IMG/VR virus record: IMGVR_UViG_3300037337_000170
Coordinates: 64,648-128,647 of that record
Strand: one strand, 5' to 3'
From: a virus
Length of the DNA stretch: 64,000 bases
The position numbers were made by a program, and so were the translations under genes. Positions 8,749-17,777 of this stretch are shown piece by piece. The notes under the pieces are model-generated. The model saw nothing but the letters and a program-made list of their open reading frames with translations, was not told where the DNA came from and did not search any database. The first letter of the stretch is position 1. Each line of letters starts with the position of its first letter.

Positions 8749-10062
8749 ACGACTGTTATGGCTGCATTCTTCTGTTACTATATACTATTCAATTCAAGTA
8801 AGACTTGTGCCATTCTAGCCAACAAAGCATCTTTAGCCAGAGAGATTCTATCTAGAGTAAAACTAGCATATGAACATATACCGAGATTTTTGCAGCAGGG
8901 TATTTCAGAGTGGAATAAATCAAGCATAGAATTAGAAAATGGTAGTAGGATTATTGCTTCTGCTACTTCTGGTAGTGCTATTCGTGGGCAGAGTATAAAC
9001 CTACTTTTCTTGGATGAATTCTCCCATATACCAAGTGGAATAGCAGATGATTTTTTTGCTTCTGTATATCCGACTATTTCATCGGGTAAAACTTCTAAAA
9101 TAGCAATAATTAGTACGCCGAATGGTTTAAATAGTTTCTATCGTATGTGGACAGAAGCCCAGGATAATAGCAACGGGTTTATACCGATCTTTGCTCCATG
9201 GAATTCTATTCCGTCCAGAACACAAGAATGGGCAGATGAACAGAAACGTGTATTGGGTGATGTTAAGTTCTCACAGGAAATGTCGTGTGACTTTATTGGT
9301 TCCTCTAACACACTCATCTCTGGTTCTAAACTTAAGTCTATACCGATTACGCGCCCAATTCTTTCTAATAGCACCACATCAGTCTACTCTAAACCAGTAC
9401 CTGGAAATAGTTATGTAGCCGTGGTTGATACCTCTAGAGGAACCGGGGGAGATTATTCTGCATTTATCGTCATTGATATAACAACGATTCCCTATAAGGT
9501 GGTTCTTAAATATGGAAATAATACTATATCAAGTATGTTATACCCTGGTGTGATTCATAGAATTGCAATGGAGTATAATATGGCAACTTTATTCATTGAA
9601 ACCAATGATATAGGTGAGGCAGTAGCAAACGCCGTCTATTATGATCTGGAATATGAGAATGTGATTTTTTCTAATAATGGAATTATTGTTGTCTGGGGTG
9701 GTAAAAACTCTCTACCTGGAGTTAGAACCACTACAAAGACCAAACGTATTGGTTGTGATAATATTAAGCAGTTGATTGAAAAAGATATGCTTATTATTAA
9801 TGATGCTGAAATACTTATGGAATTAAGTAACTTTGTTGTAAAGGGGAGTTCTTATGCCGCAGATACCGGACACGATGATTTGGCAATGTGTTTGGTTATG
9901 TTTGGATACATGACATCTTCAGTTAAATTTGAGGAACTTACTGATATATCGGTGAGGGCTAGAATTATTGAAGAGCGACAGGCCGAAGAAGATGCATCTG
10001 CTTTACCTATAGGTTTTTTCTCCAATGGGTTAGAAGAAGATGTTGATGTGTTTAATTTTTAA
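8386..10062 (+). CDS. terL: Terminase large subunit gp17, C-terminal fragment preceded by split-intein C-part
   Basis: After HN|TT: AILANK, ELENGS, IRGQSINLLFLDEF (Walker B), STPNG, nuclease motifs VDTSRG and HDDLAM. Confidence 0.93.
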   Translation: MVLSDITNRKFIESFDVSEWEVETDTGWEDISSSNKTVEYELYELTTESGRILKCADTHILFDRTMDEIYAKDTFGILVQTKTGLDKVVSVVATGIYENMYDLSVNSSNHRYYTDEFLSHNTTVMAAFFCYYILFNSSKTCAILANKASLAREILSRVKLAYEHIPRFLQQGISEWNKSSIELENGSRIIASATSGSAIRGQSINLLFLDEFSHIPSGIADDFFASVYPTISSGKTSKIAIISTPNGLNSFYRMWTEAQDNSNGFIPIFAPWNSIPSRTQEWADEQKRVLGDVKFSQEMSCDFIGSSNTLISGSKLKSIPITRPILSNSTTSVYSKPVPGNSYVAVVDTSRGTGGDYSAFIVIDITTIPYKVVLKYGNNTISSMLYPGVIHRIAMEYNMATLFIETNDIGEAVANAVYYDLEYENVIFSNNGIIVVWGGKNSLPGVRTTTKTKRIGCDNIKQLIEKDMLIINDAEILMELSNFVVKGSSYAADTGHDDLAMCLVMFGYMTSSVKFEELTDISVRARIIEERQAEEDASALPIGFFSNGLEEDVDVFNF

Positions 10063-10077
10063 TCAAAAAATAATTTG

Positions 10078-10085
10078 TATAAATA
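10078..10085 (+). promoter_or_regulatory. Late promoter TATAAATA
   Basis: Consensus upstream of gp18. Confidence 0.75.
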
Positions 10086-10155
10086 ATATGCAAACCCAAA
10101 TATAAATCCTTAGAAACAGTTTCTAAGTATTATTTTATATGAATAAAGGAATAAA

Positions 10156-12354
10156 ATGTTTTCATTATCACCCTCTGTAACTGTACGTGAAGTAGACCTA
10201 ACTTCAGTTGTGCCAGCTGCCTCAACTTCTGTAGGTGGTGTAGTAATCGATGCGGCCTGGGGCCCTGTAATGGATACCACCACTATTGATTCTGAATCAA
10301 CTCTAGTTCAACGACACGGCAAACCCAATGACTTCAATGCTAGTTCATGGATGGTTGCTGCCAACTTTTTAGCATATAGTAATAATTGTTTAGTAGTTCG
10401 TACAGATACTACCAACCAGCGTAATGCAGTATCAGCTCTATCATTTAGTTTGTTTTCCGTAGCCCCGGGAACTGCCGGGTTAGGTTATACTTCTACTGGC
10501 GCCAATGCGGTGTCAGTTACTGTGGCAGCCCCAGTGCAAGGTATTACTGCGGTAGTTGAAGCTGTGGTAACAGATGGTGGAATAACCAGCTTTAATATCG
10601 TTAACCCTGGTTCTGGATATGATGTAGTTCCAACTATTACTATTAATGACGGTTCTGGTTCAGGTGCGACCCTTGGCGCAATTGAAGTAATTCAGGGCGG
10701 CGTAAAAATTAATAATGAAAGTGATTACGAAAATCTTTACTCAAATGGCGAAGCTGTAGTTGGAGAGTTTGCAGCCAAGTACCCTGGTGCTCTAGGCAAT
10801 AGTTTAGCTGTATCTGTCTGTGATGGCGCTAAGGCAGGTCGCGTTACAGGTATCGTAGTTCTTACTGCAGGTGATTCATACACCTCAGTTCCAACAGTTA
10901 CAATTTCTGCTCCAGCAGGATCAGGAACTCAGGCTACAGCTATTGCTGTATTATCTGGCAGCACAACTGGGACCGTCACAGGTATCGTTATCACTTCAGC
11001 AGGCAGCGGTTATACCAGCGCCCCAGTGGTAAGTTTGGTTGGTGGAACTCCTACAACTGTGGCCACCCTTGGGGTTGTTTCAGTTCAAATGGTTAGCCCA
11101 TTTTCCATCTGGGAATATAACAATTTCTTTGATGGTGCACCAAATACCTCAACGTTTGCTTCCTCTAATCAATCTACAAATGACGAATTACACGCGGTAG
11201 TAATCGATACAAATGGCCGTTGGTCTGGTGTCGCTGGAACTGTGCTAGAAACCTTTGCATTTCTTTCAAAAGCTTCTGATGGTAAAAAGGAAGACGGCTC
11301 AAACGCATACTATAAAAATGTATTGAATACCCAATCCAAGTATGTCTACTGGATGGATCATCCAGTTAATGGTACCAATTGGGGTCAATTAGCCAATTCC
11401 GTGAATTTCGGGATCCTCGGTGTTTTTACAAGAACCCTAGCCGGCGGTGTGGATCACTTCACCTCTACGGATGGCCAGAAGATTCGTGCATTTGATCTAT
11501 TCAGTAATGCAGAAACATTAGATGTTAGTCTTCTAATGTGCGGTAAGGCTTCAGCCACAGTAGCCAATTATGTAGTACAAAATATTGCTGAAACCCGTAA
11601 AGATTGTGTGGCATTTATTTCTCCACTCGATCTGTCTGGTAATATTCTTATTGGTAATACCTCAGACATTGCAGAAAAATTAATTGCTTTCCGTAATGTA
11701 CTACCATCAAGTTCATATATGGTTATTGATACTGGCTACAAATACCAATACGACAAGTACAATGACAAATATCGTTGGGTGCCATTAAACGGGGATATTG
11801 CAGGTCTATGTGCTCGTACTGACGAGACCAATGACCCATGGTTCTCTCCAGCAGGTCTGAATCGTGGCTCTATTAAGAATGTGGTCAAACTTGCATATTC
11901 TCCAGTTAAGACTGATCGTGATAATCTATATAAAGCCGGTATTAATCCAGTTGTTTCATTCCCAGGTCAGGGCGTGGTTCTATATGGTGATAAAACTGGA
12001 CTAGCTAAGCCAAGTGCATTTGATCGTATCAATGTACGCCGTCTGTTTATTACTCTTGAAAAATCAATTGCCACCGCAGCAAAATTTCAACTATTTGAAT
12101 TCAATGATGCGATTACTCGTGCCAACTTTGTATCAACAGTCACACCATTTCTTCGTGATGTACAAGGTCGACGGGGCATCTATGAGTTTAGGGTTGTGTG
12201 CGATGAGACCAATAATACACCCAACATTATTGACACAAATCAATTCATCGCAAGTATTTTCATCAAACCAGCTCGCAGTATCAATACAATTGAACTAAAC
12301 TTCGTGGCGGTTCGTACCGGTGTGAGTTTTGAAGAAATTGCTGGTTCAGTTTAA
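10156..12354 (+). CDS. gp18: Tail sheath protein gp18
   Basis: SPSVTVREVDLT, WGP, PWFSPAG.NRG, GDKT, SAFDRINVRRLF and KPARSIN motifs. Confidence 0.96.
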   Translation: MFSLSPSVTVREVDLTSVVPAASTSVGGVVIDAAWGPVMDTTTIDSESTLVQRHGKPNDFNASSWMVAANFLAYSNNCLVVRTDTTNQRNAVSALSFSLFSVAPGTAGLGYTSTGANAVSVTVAAPVQGITAVVEAVVTDGGITSFNIVNPGSGYDVVPTITINDGSGSGATLGAIEVIQGGVKINNESDYENLYSNGEAVVGEFAAKYPGALGNSLAVSVCDGAKAGRVTGIVVLTAGDSYTSVPTVTISAPAGSGTQATAIAVLSGSTTGTVTGIVITSAGSGYTSAPVVSLVGGTPTTVATLGVVSVQMVSPFSIWEYNNFFDGAPNTSTFASSNQSTNDELHAVVIDTNGRWSGVAGTVLETFAFLSKASDGKKEDGSNAYYKNVLNTQSKYVYWMDHPVNGTNWGQLANSVNFGILGVFTRTLAGGVDHFTSTDGQKIRAFDLFSNAETLDVSLLMCGKASATVANYVVQNIAETRKDCVAFISPLDLSGNILIGNTSDIAEKLIAFRNVLPSSSYMVIDTGYKYQYDKYNDKYRWVPLNGDIAGLCARTDETNDPWFSPAGLNRGSIKNVVKLAYSPVKTDRDNLYKAGINPVVSFPGQGVVLYGDKTGLAKPSAFDRINVRRLFITLEKSIATAAKFQLFEFNDAITRANFVSTVTPFLRDVQGRRGIYEFRVVCDETNNTPNIIDTNQFIASIFIKPARSINTIELNFVAVRTGVSFEEIAGSV

Positions 12355-12380
12355 AAAGTAGGAAGTATACTTCCTACTTT
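12355..12380. terminator. Perfect 26-bp palindrome (hairpin/terminator-like) between gp18 and gp19
   Basis: AAAGTAGGAAGTATACTTCCTACTTT equals its own reverse complement. Confidence 0.5.
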
Positions 12381-12404
12381 ACATTTAATAAAAGGTAGAA
12401 TAAA

Positions 12405-12926
12405 ATGGCAAGAATTTCTGATTTTAAAGCTAATATGTTGGCTGGTGGCGCTCGATCAAACCAGTTTCAGTGTATTATTACATTCCCAGCAGCTGTTATT
12501 GGTGGCTCTCTGGCTTCTAATAAGGTAACATTTATGGCAAAATCTGCATCCATTCCAGATAGCACTGTAGCTGATATTGAGGTGATGTATCGAGGACGAG
12601 CAGTACACTTTGCTGGTGAAAGGACCTTTCAGCCATGGAATATTACCGTATATAATGATAATGATTTTGCATTACGCAATGCATTTGAAACATGGGTAAA
12701 TATTATTTCTAATGCAGATTCTACCAATGGCCTAATGGCACCATTGGATTATCAGGTTGATATGGAAGTTCATCAGTTAGATCGATCAGACCTAATTGTT
12801 AAAAAGTATAAGTTTGTTGATGCATATCCAACGAATGTCGGCGAAATTCAATTAAGCTGGGACGCCAACAGTCAACTTCAAGAGTACCCCGTATCCTTCA
12901 GCTACAACTATCATCAGCCCGCCTGA
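12405..12926 (+). CDS. gp19: Tail tube protein gp19
   Basis: GGARSNQF, GR...AGERTF.PW..T.YND.DF and QLDR motifs. Confidence 0.95.
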   Translation: MARISDFKANMLAGGARSNQFQCIITFPAAVIGGSLASNKVTFMAKSASIPDSTVADIEVMYRGRAVHFAGERTFQPWNITVYNDNDFALRNAFETWVNIISNADSTNGLMAPLDYQVDMEVHQLDRSDLIVKKYKFVDAYPTNVGEIQLSWDANSQLQEYPVSFSYNYHQPA

Positions 12927-12934
12927 TATAAATA
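12927..12934 (+). promoter_or_regulatory. Late promoter TATAAATA
   Basis: Consensus upstream of gp20. Confidence 0.75.
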
Positions 12935-12955
12935 ATTTTTTATTGATTTATTATT

Positions 12956-14575
12956 ATGGCGTCTTTTTCAGATCTTTTTGGTTTTAGCTTTAAAACCAAC
13001 AATGAAAAACAAATTCCATCTGTTGTAGCACCAGCTAAAAACGATGGCGCGCTTGTTCTTGATAATAGTGCAGTAACTGGTGGGTGGACCGGTACGGCAT
13101 ACGATATTGATGGTGTAGTTAAGACTGAAAACGAGCAGATTAGACGATATAGGGATATTGCAGGTCAACCAGAAGTTGATTCTGCAATATCTGATATTGT
13201 TAACGAATGTGTAGTAACTGATCAGGATGATCATCCTGTTAAACTATTTTTAGATAATTTAAAAGTAAGTGATGCACTAAAAAAGAAATTCAATGATTGT
13301 TTTATTGAAATCTTAAACAAACTTGACTTCAATTTGGAAGGTCATGATATTATTAGACAGTGGTATGTAGATGGGCGTATCTACTACCATATTCTCTTTG
13401 TCAATAATGATATTTCTAAGGGAATCGCAGAGCTTAGATTAATCGATCCTTTAAAGATTAAAAAGATCAAAAATATTAAGCGTACAAAAAATAATCGTGG
13501 TATAGATATTGTTGATTCTATTGAGGAATACTATATCTATAATGACAAGGGTGTTACAGAAAATAATATTCAGGGAGTTAAGTTAACTGCCGATTCTGTT
13601 GTGATGATTCATTCTGGTTCTATTGATTCTATAAGTGGTAGTGTAATTGGATTTCTACAGAAGGTTATTAAACCAGCTAACCAACTTCGAATGATCGAAG
13701 ATGCAGTGGTTATCTATACGATGACACGGGCGCCAGATCGCCGTGTATTTTATATTGATGTAGGTAATCTTCCTAAAGTTAAAGCAGAACAATATGTTAC
13801 AGACATTATGAATAAGTTTAAAAACAAACTTATCTATAATGCTGCCACGGGCGAAATTGCAGATTCAAAACGTAATCTATCAATGACTGAGGATTTTTGG
13901 CTTGCGCGTAGGGACTCTAAGTCCACTGAAATTACTACGTTACAGGGAAGTCAATCTTTAATCCAGTCAGACTTTATCGACTACTTTCAGAATAAATTAT
14001 ATCAATCGCTTAATGTTCCGATTGGTCGCATGAAGCCAGAAACCGGCTTTACATTAGGTCGATCATCCGAAGTTACAAGAGATGAACTAAAGTTTAGTAA
14101 GTTTGTTGGAAGGCTAAGAATTCGATTCTCTGGTCTTTTCAGTGATCTAATGAAAATTCAACTCGTATCAAAAGGCCTAATTCGACTCGATGAGTGGGAT
14201 GATATAAGAGCCAAGATACGATTTGACTTTATTAAGGATAATCACTTTACCGAGTTAAAGAATGCAGAAATCATTACCAATAGAATGACCACGCTTCAAA
14301 TGGTTGATCCATTTTTAGGTAAATATGTATCAAAGAAGTGGGTACAGAAGAATGTTCTAATGCTTGATGACGAAGAAATTGTCGAGATGGAAAACCAGAT
14401 TAAAGAAGATGGGCCGATACCTGGCACAGAAGAAATGCCGGCTATTGAACCACCCGCTGGCGGTGAAGAAGATCCTGCACAAGATCAAGAAATGGATCAA
14501 AGCCAAGAAGCCCACGATCAAAAGATTCGGCAATCCGAAGAATTACACCAACAGAAACTGAAGGATAAAAAATGA
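12956..14575 (+). CDS. gp20: Portal protein gp20
   Basis: WYVDGRIYYH, NQLRMIEDAVVIY...RAPDRRVFYIDVGNLPK.KAEQY and TRDELKF motifs. Confidence 0.96.
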   Translation: MASFSDLFGFSFKTNNEKQIPSVVAPAKNDGALVLDNSAVTGGWTGTAYDIDGVVKTENEQIRRYRDIAGQPEVDSAISDIVNECVVTDQDDHPVKLFLDNLKVSDALKKKFNDCFIEILNKLDFNLEGHDIIRQWYVDGRIYYHILFVNNDISKGIAELRLIDPLKIKKIKNIKRTKNNRGIDIVDSIEEYYIYNDKGVTENNIQGVKLTADSVVMIHSGSIDSISGSVIGFLQKVIKPANQLRMIEDAVVIYTMTRAPDRRVFYIDVGNLPKVKAEQYVTDIMNKFKNKLIYNAATGEIADSKRNLSMTEDFWLARRDSKSTEITTLQGSQSLIQSDFIDYFQNKLYQSLNVPIGRMKPETGFTLGRSSEVTRDELKFSKFVGRLRIRFSGLFSDLMKIQLVSKGLIRLDEWDDIRAKIRFDFIKDNHFTELKNAEIITNRMTTLQMVDPFLGKYVSKKWVQKNVLMLDDEEIVEMENQIKEDGPIPGTEEMPAIEPPAGGEEDPAQDQEMDQSQEAHDQKIRQSEELHQQKLKDKK

Positions 14576-14733
14576 CCACCCAAGACCTAATTGATGCTAT
14601 CGAAGCAGGTAAGACCCGTAATATGGAATCTACATTCGAAGCTATTATGCAAGAGAAAATGGAAACTGCTATTGACTTGCGCCGAATGGAGATTAGCCAA
14701 TCAATGTTCACCTCTGATAACGCAGATAAATAA
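14572..14733 (+). CDS. Prohead core protein gp67-like (53 aa; absent from ORF track)
   Basis: MTTQDLIDAIEAGKTRNMESTFEAIMQEKMETAIDLRRMEISQSMF...; ATGA overlap with gp20; T4 synteny. Confidence 0.7.
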   Translation: MTTQDLIDAIEAGKTRNMESTFEAIMQEKMETAIDLRRMEISQSMFTSDNADK

Positions 14734-14769
14734 TAGTTGTAGACCTAGTATCTAAAGTCAGGAATAAAA

Positions 14770-15204
14770 ATGGATCACCGCACATCAATCAACGAAGTAC
14801 ACCAGTTTCTGGAAAACCAGAGGAAGGAACGGCTTGAGTCTGCGGTTTCGCTAATGGATGCTTCTGACTCTCAGTTAAAAGCCCTTCTCTATGAAGCACG
14901 TCTAACACAACATAGTCTAGTTCGTGGCTCAATTGCGGAACTTGAAAACACACGAAAAATCGAATCTGCTACATTAGTGCTAGAGTCTCGACTAGATGAA
15001 CTATCTAAGTCAACTCTGGGATCATATATTGAAAAATCAAGTAGAGATGCTGCAGCCAAATATCACAAATCTGGTGAGCTTGGTTTTAATAATGTTGGTG
15101 ATAAGCATTTTGACAAGGGCGAAAAACGCCGCATTGGGGTTGGTTCAGCCGTTAAGCGTCTGGTCAAGGAAGCCCTTGACAAGCTAGATGAGGCTAAAGA
15201 TTAA
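14770..15204 (+). CDS. Hypothetical head/internal protein
   Basis: AGGA RBS; LDELSKSTLGSYIEK module and several L/V-x-E putative protease sites. Confidence 0.7.
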   Translation: MDHRTSINEVHQFLENQRKERLESAVSLMDASDSQLKALLYEARLTQHSLVRGSIAELENTRKIESATLVLESRLDELSKSTLGSYIEKSSRDAAAKYHKSGELGFNNVGDKHFDKGEKRRIGVGSAVKRLVKEALDKLDEAKD

Positions 15205-15206
15205 AT

Positions 15207-15620
15207 ATGCCTATTTCAATCCTAAAACAAACTGAGACTATTGCTGTAGTAAAGGTATTCGGCGCCGGCGGCACCATTGACCTAAATACTGACCTACTGT
15301 CGCCGACGATGATAATTCAAGGTACTCCAACAGTTAATATTATCTTTGCTCAATGGAATATTAGCCCTGGAGCTGCTGATGTCATTTCAGTTACCCGCAA
15401 CGGTATCTCAGTACTTAATCTTCACCAGAATGCAGGTGAAATAGATCTCAGTGGTAATGGTGGTTATGCGGACACAACAGGAAATACATCCCCACTTGTT
15501 GTTACCATTACTGGATTAGGCGAGGCATATTTCACCCTTCGCAAAGCATCTGGTTATAAGTCAAAAATTGAACCAGAAACATTCAGTTCATATGATGACA
15601 CATCTGTAGTCGGAAGCTAA
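15207..15620 (+). CDS. Hypothetical virion protein
   Basis: Beta-rich ORF in the head operon before gp21. Confidence 0.7.
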   Translation: MPISILKQTETIAVVKVFGAGGTIDLNTDLLSPTMIIQGTPTVNIIFAQWNISPGAADVISVTRNGISVLNLHQNAGEIDLSGNGGYADTTGNTSPLVVTITGLGEAYFTLRKASGYKSKIEPETFSSYDDTSVVGS

Positions 15621-15630
15621 GAAGACAATT

Positions 15631-16281
15631 ATGATCTTACTAAAAGAATTCTCAGAGCCATCTAATGTGAATTATCTGACCGAAGCAGACACATCCGGCA
15701 TTAAGCATATGTACATCGAAGGTTGTTTTGCTGAGGCAGTAACCAAAAACAGAAACGGTCGAATCTATCCAAAGAATATTTTGGAATCGGCCGTAGGGAC
15801 TTATGTTGAAAACTATGTTTCTAAAAATAGAGCAATTTCAGAATTAAGTCACCCAGAAAATCGCCCAATGCCGAGTCCTGCATTGGCTAGTCATCTTGTT
15901 ACCGAACTTAAAATGGTCGGTAACAAGGCGATGGGAAAGGCCAGAATTCTAAAAACTCCCCAAGGTCAAATCATTGAGGGTTTGATTAATGGCTCTGTTG
16001 CATTAGGTGTATCTACTCGCGGCCTAGGGTCTGTACAAGAATCTAACGGCACTACATATGTTAAGGATGATCTGGTCCTTTATGCAATCGACTGCGTGCT
16101 GGATCCCAGCGGACTAAGTTGTTTCGTTGATGCGATTAATGAATCCCAAGAGTGGGTTGTTACAGATGATGGTCGGGTACTCGAGAAAACAAAGAGTATT
16201 ATTAATACAACTCCATATATGAATGAATCACAGAAACTTAAATTATTCGGTGATTTTATGCTAGAGATTGTATCACGATAA
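15631..16281 (+). CDS. gp21: Prohead protease gp21
   Basis: YIEG.F, KNRNGRIYP, ELSHP, SH, TPQG, LGVSTRGLGS and DPS motifs. Confidence 0.95.
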   Translation: MILLKEFSEPSNVNYLTEADTSGIKHMYIEGCFAEAVTKNRNGRIYPKNILESAVGTYVENYVSKNRAISELSHPENRPMPSPALASHLVTELKMVGNKAMGKARILKTPQGQIIEGLINGSVALGVSTRGLGSVQESNGTTYVKDDLVLYAIDCVLDPSGLSCFVDAINESQEWVVTDDGRVLEKTKSIINTTPYMNESQKLKLFGDFMLEIVSR

Positions 16282-16312
16282 GTATCTTAGTACAAACCCG
16301 AAATTTAATTGT

Positions 16313-16320
16313 TATAAATA
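16313..16320 (+). promoter_or_regulatory. Late promoter TATAAATA
   Basis: Consensus upstream of gp22. Confidence 0.75.
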
Positions 16321-16346
16321 AACTTAACCAATTAGGAATAACCTAT

Positions 16347-17729
16347 ATGAAAACCGTTGAAGACAAACTAAATGAACTCGCCCAATTGGCTGAAGAACTA
16401 AAACTTCAAACAGAGGCACATCCAGAAATTGAGGGCGATGAGGATGAAGACATGGACACCAACGAAATGTCTGCAACTGAAAAAATGAAGCTTAAGGCAC
16501 AAATGAAGAGCCTAAGTCCTGCTGAACATAAAAAGATGATGGAAGGCAAAAAATCATCAATGTATGAAATGGCTATGTCAAAAATGAAATCTAAAAAAAT
16601 GATGGATGAAGTTTGTGACGAAGACATGGATGATATGGGCAAAATGAAAATGAAGCCTATGAAAGAAATGGATAACATGTCCATGAAGAATAAAAAATCA
16701 ATGAAGGAAATTCATTGTGATGATGACATGGATGACATGGATGATATGGGCAAAATGAAAATGAAGCCTATGAAAGAAATGGATAACATGTCCATGAAGA
16801 ATAAAAAATCAATGAAGGAAATTCATTGTGATGATGACATGGATGAAATGCCCATGAAGGAAATGAAAAAGAAGTCTATGCAAGAAATGAAGGCTAAGCC
16901 TGATTTTCTGGACCTAGATAAGGACGGCGATAAAGAAGAAGATATGACCAAAGCCGCTAAGGATAAAAAGATGAAGGGCATGAAAGAATCTGTGGATCTA
17001 GGTGGTCTATTTGAAGGCCAGGACCTATCAGAAGAATTTAAAACAACTGCAGCAGAATTATTTGAATCTGCTGTTACTGTACGTGTAAATCAAGAGCTGG
17101 ATGAGGCTATTGATGACCTACAGGAAAAATTTGATCAGTATGTCAATGAACAGACAACTGAATTGAAAGAAAGTCTAGTCGACAAAATTGATGGATATCT
17201 TGACTTTATGGTCGAGCAGTGGATGGATAAGAATGAACTAGCAATTAACCGCGGAATCAAGACAGAAATTCTCGAAAGTTTCGTCTCCGGCATGAAGAAT
17301 GTATTCGAGAGCCATTATATTGATGTACCAGATGAAAAGTATGATCTCGTTGAAGCATCCCGCGCCGAAGTAACAGAACTCGAAGCCCGTCTAGATGAAG
17401 AGGTTGCAAAATCTGTTTCCCTAACCAAAACTCTTAAAGAGATTAGCCGCCAGGTTATGATCGATGAGGCTGTTGAAGGTATGGCCGAAACTGATGCTGA
17501 GAAGTTTCGCCAATTGGCAGAAGAAATGACCTATACCGATACTGGTTTTGAAAAGAAGCTTGCTGTTATCAAAGAGAGTTATTTCTCTGCCAGCAAGACC
17601 CGTCATTCAAAGCAGTTGACCGAAGAGTTCATGACCGACGAACCAATCGAAGAAACTTTAAATGAATCATCAACTATTGATCCAGTAATGGCTCTCTATT
17701 TGACCGCTCTCGAACGTAGTAACTATTAA
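16347..17729 (+). CDS. gp22: Prohead core scaffold protein gp22 with Met/Lys/Asp-rich N-terminal extension
   Basis: LSEEFK...FE.AV, KIDGYLD..VEQW...N, F..HYIDVPDEKYDLV and IKESYF motifs. Confidence 0.9.
   Translation: MKTVEDKLNELAQLAEELKLQTEAHPEIEGDEDEDMDTNEMSATEKMKLKAQMKSLSPAEHKKMMEGKKSSMYEMAMSKMKSKKMMDEVCDEDMDDMGKMKMKPMKEMDNMSMKNKKSMKEIHCDDDMDDMDDMGKMKMKPMKEMDNMSMKNKKSMKEIHCDDDMDEMPMKEMKKKSMQEMKAKPDFLDLDKDGDKEEDMTKAAKDKKMKGMKESVDLGGLFEGQDLSEEFKTTAAELFESAVTVRVNQELDEAIDDLQEKFDQYVNEQTTELKESLVDKIDGYLDFMVEQWMDKNELAINRGIKTEILESFVSGMKNVFESHYIDVPDEKYDLVEASRAEVTELEARLDEEVAKSVSLTKTLKEISRQVMIDEAVEGMAETDAEKFRQLAEEMTYTDTGFEKKLAVIKESYFSASKTRHSKQLTEEFMTDEPIEETLNESSTIDPVMALYLTALERSNY
16623..16846 (+). repeat. 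Tandem in-frame duplication, 111-bp period (37 aa)
   Basis: GACATGGATGATATGGGC...GACATGGATGA starts at 16623 and again at 16734, identical. Confidence 0.9.
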
Positions 17730-17777
17730 TCTAATTTCTAGATTTAATAAATAATATATCCAACTAAGGAATTAAAA

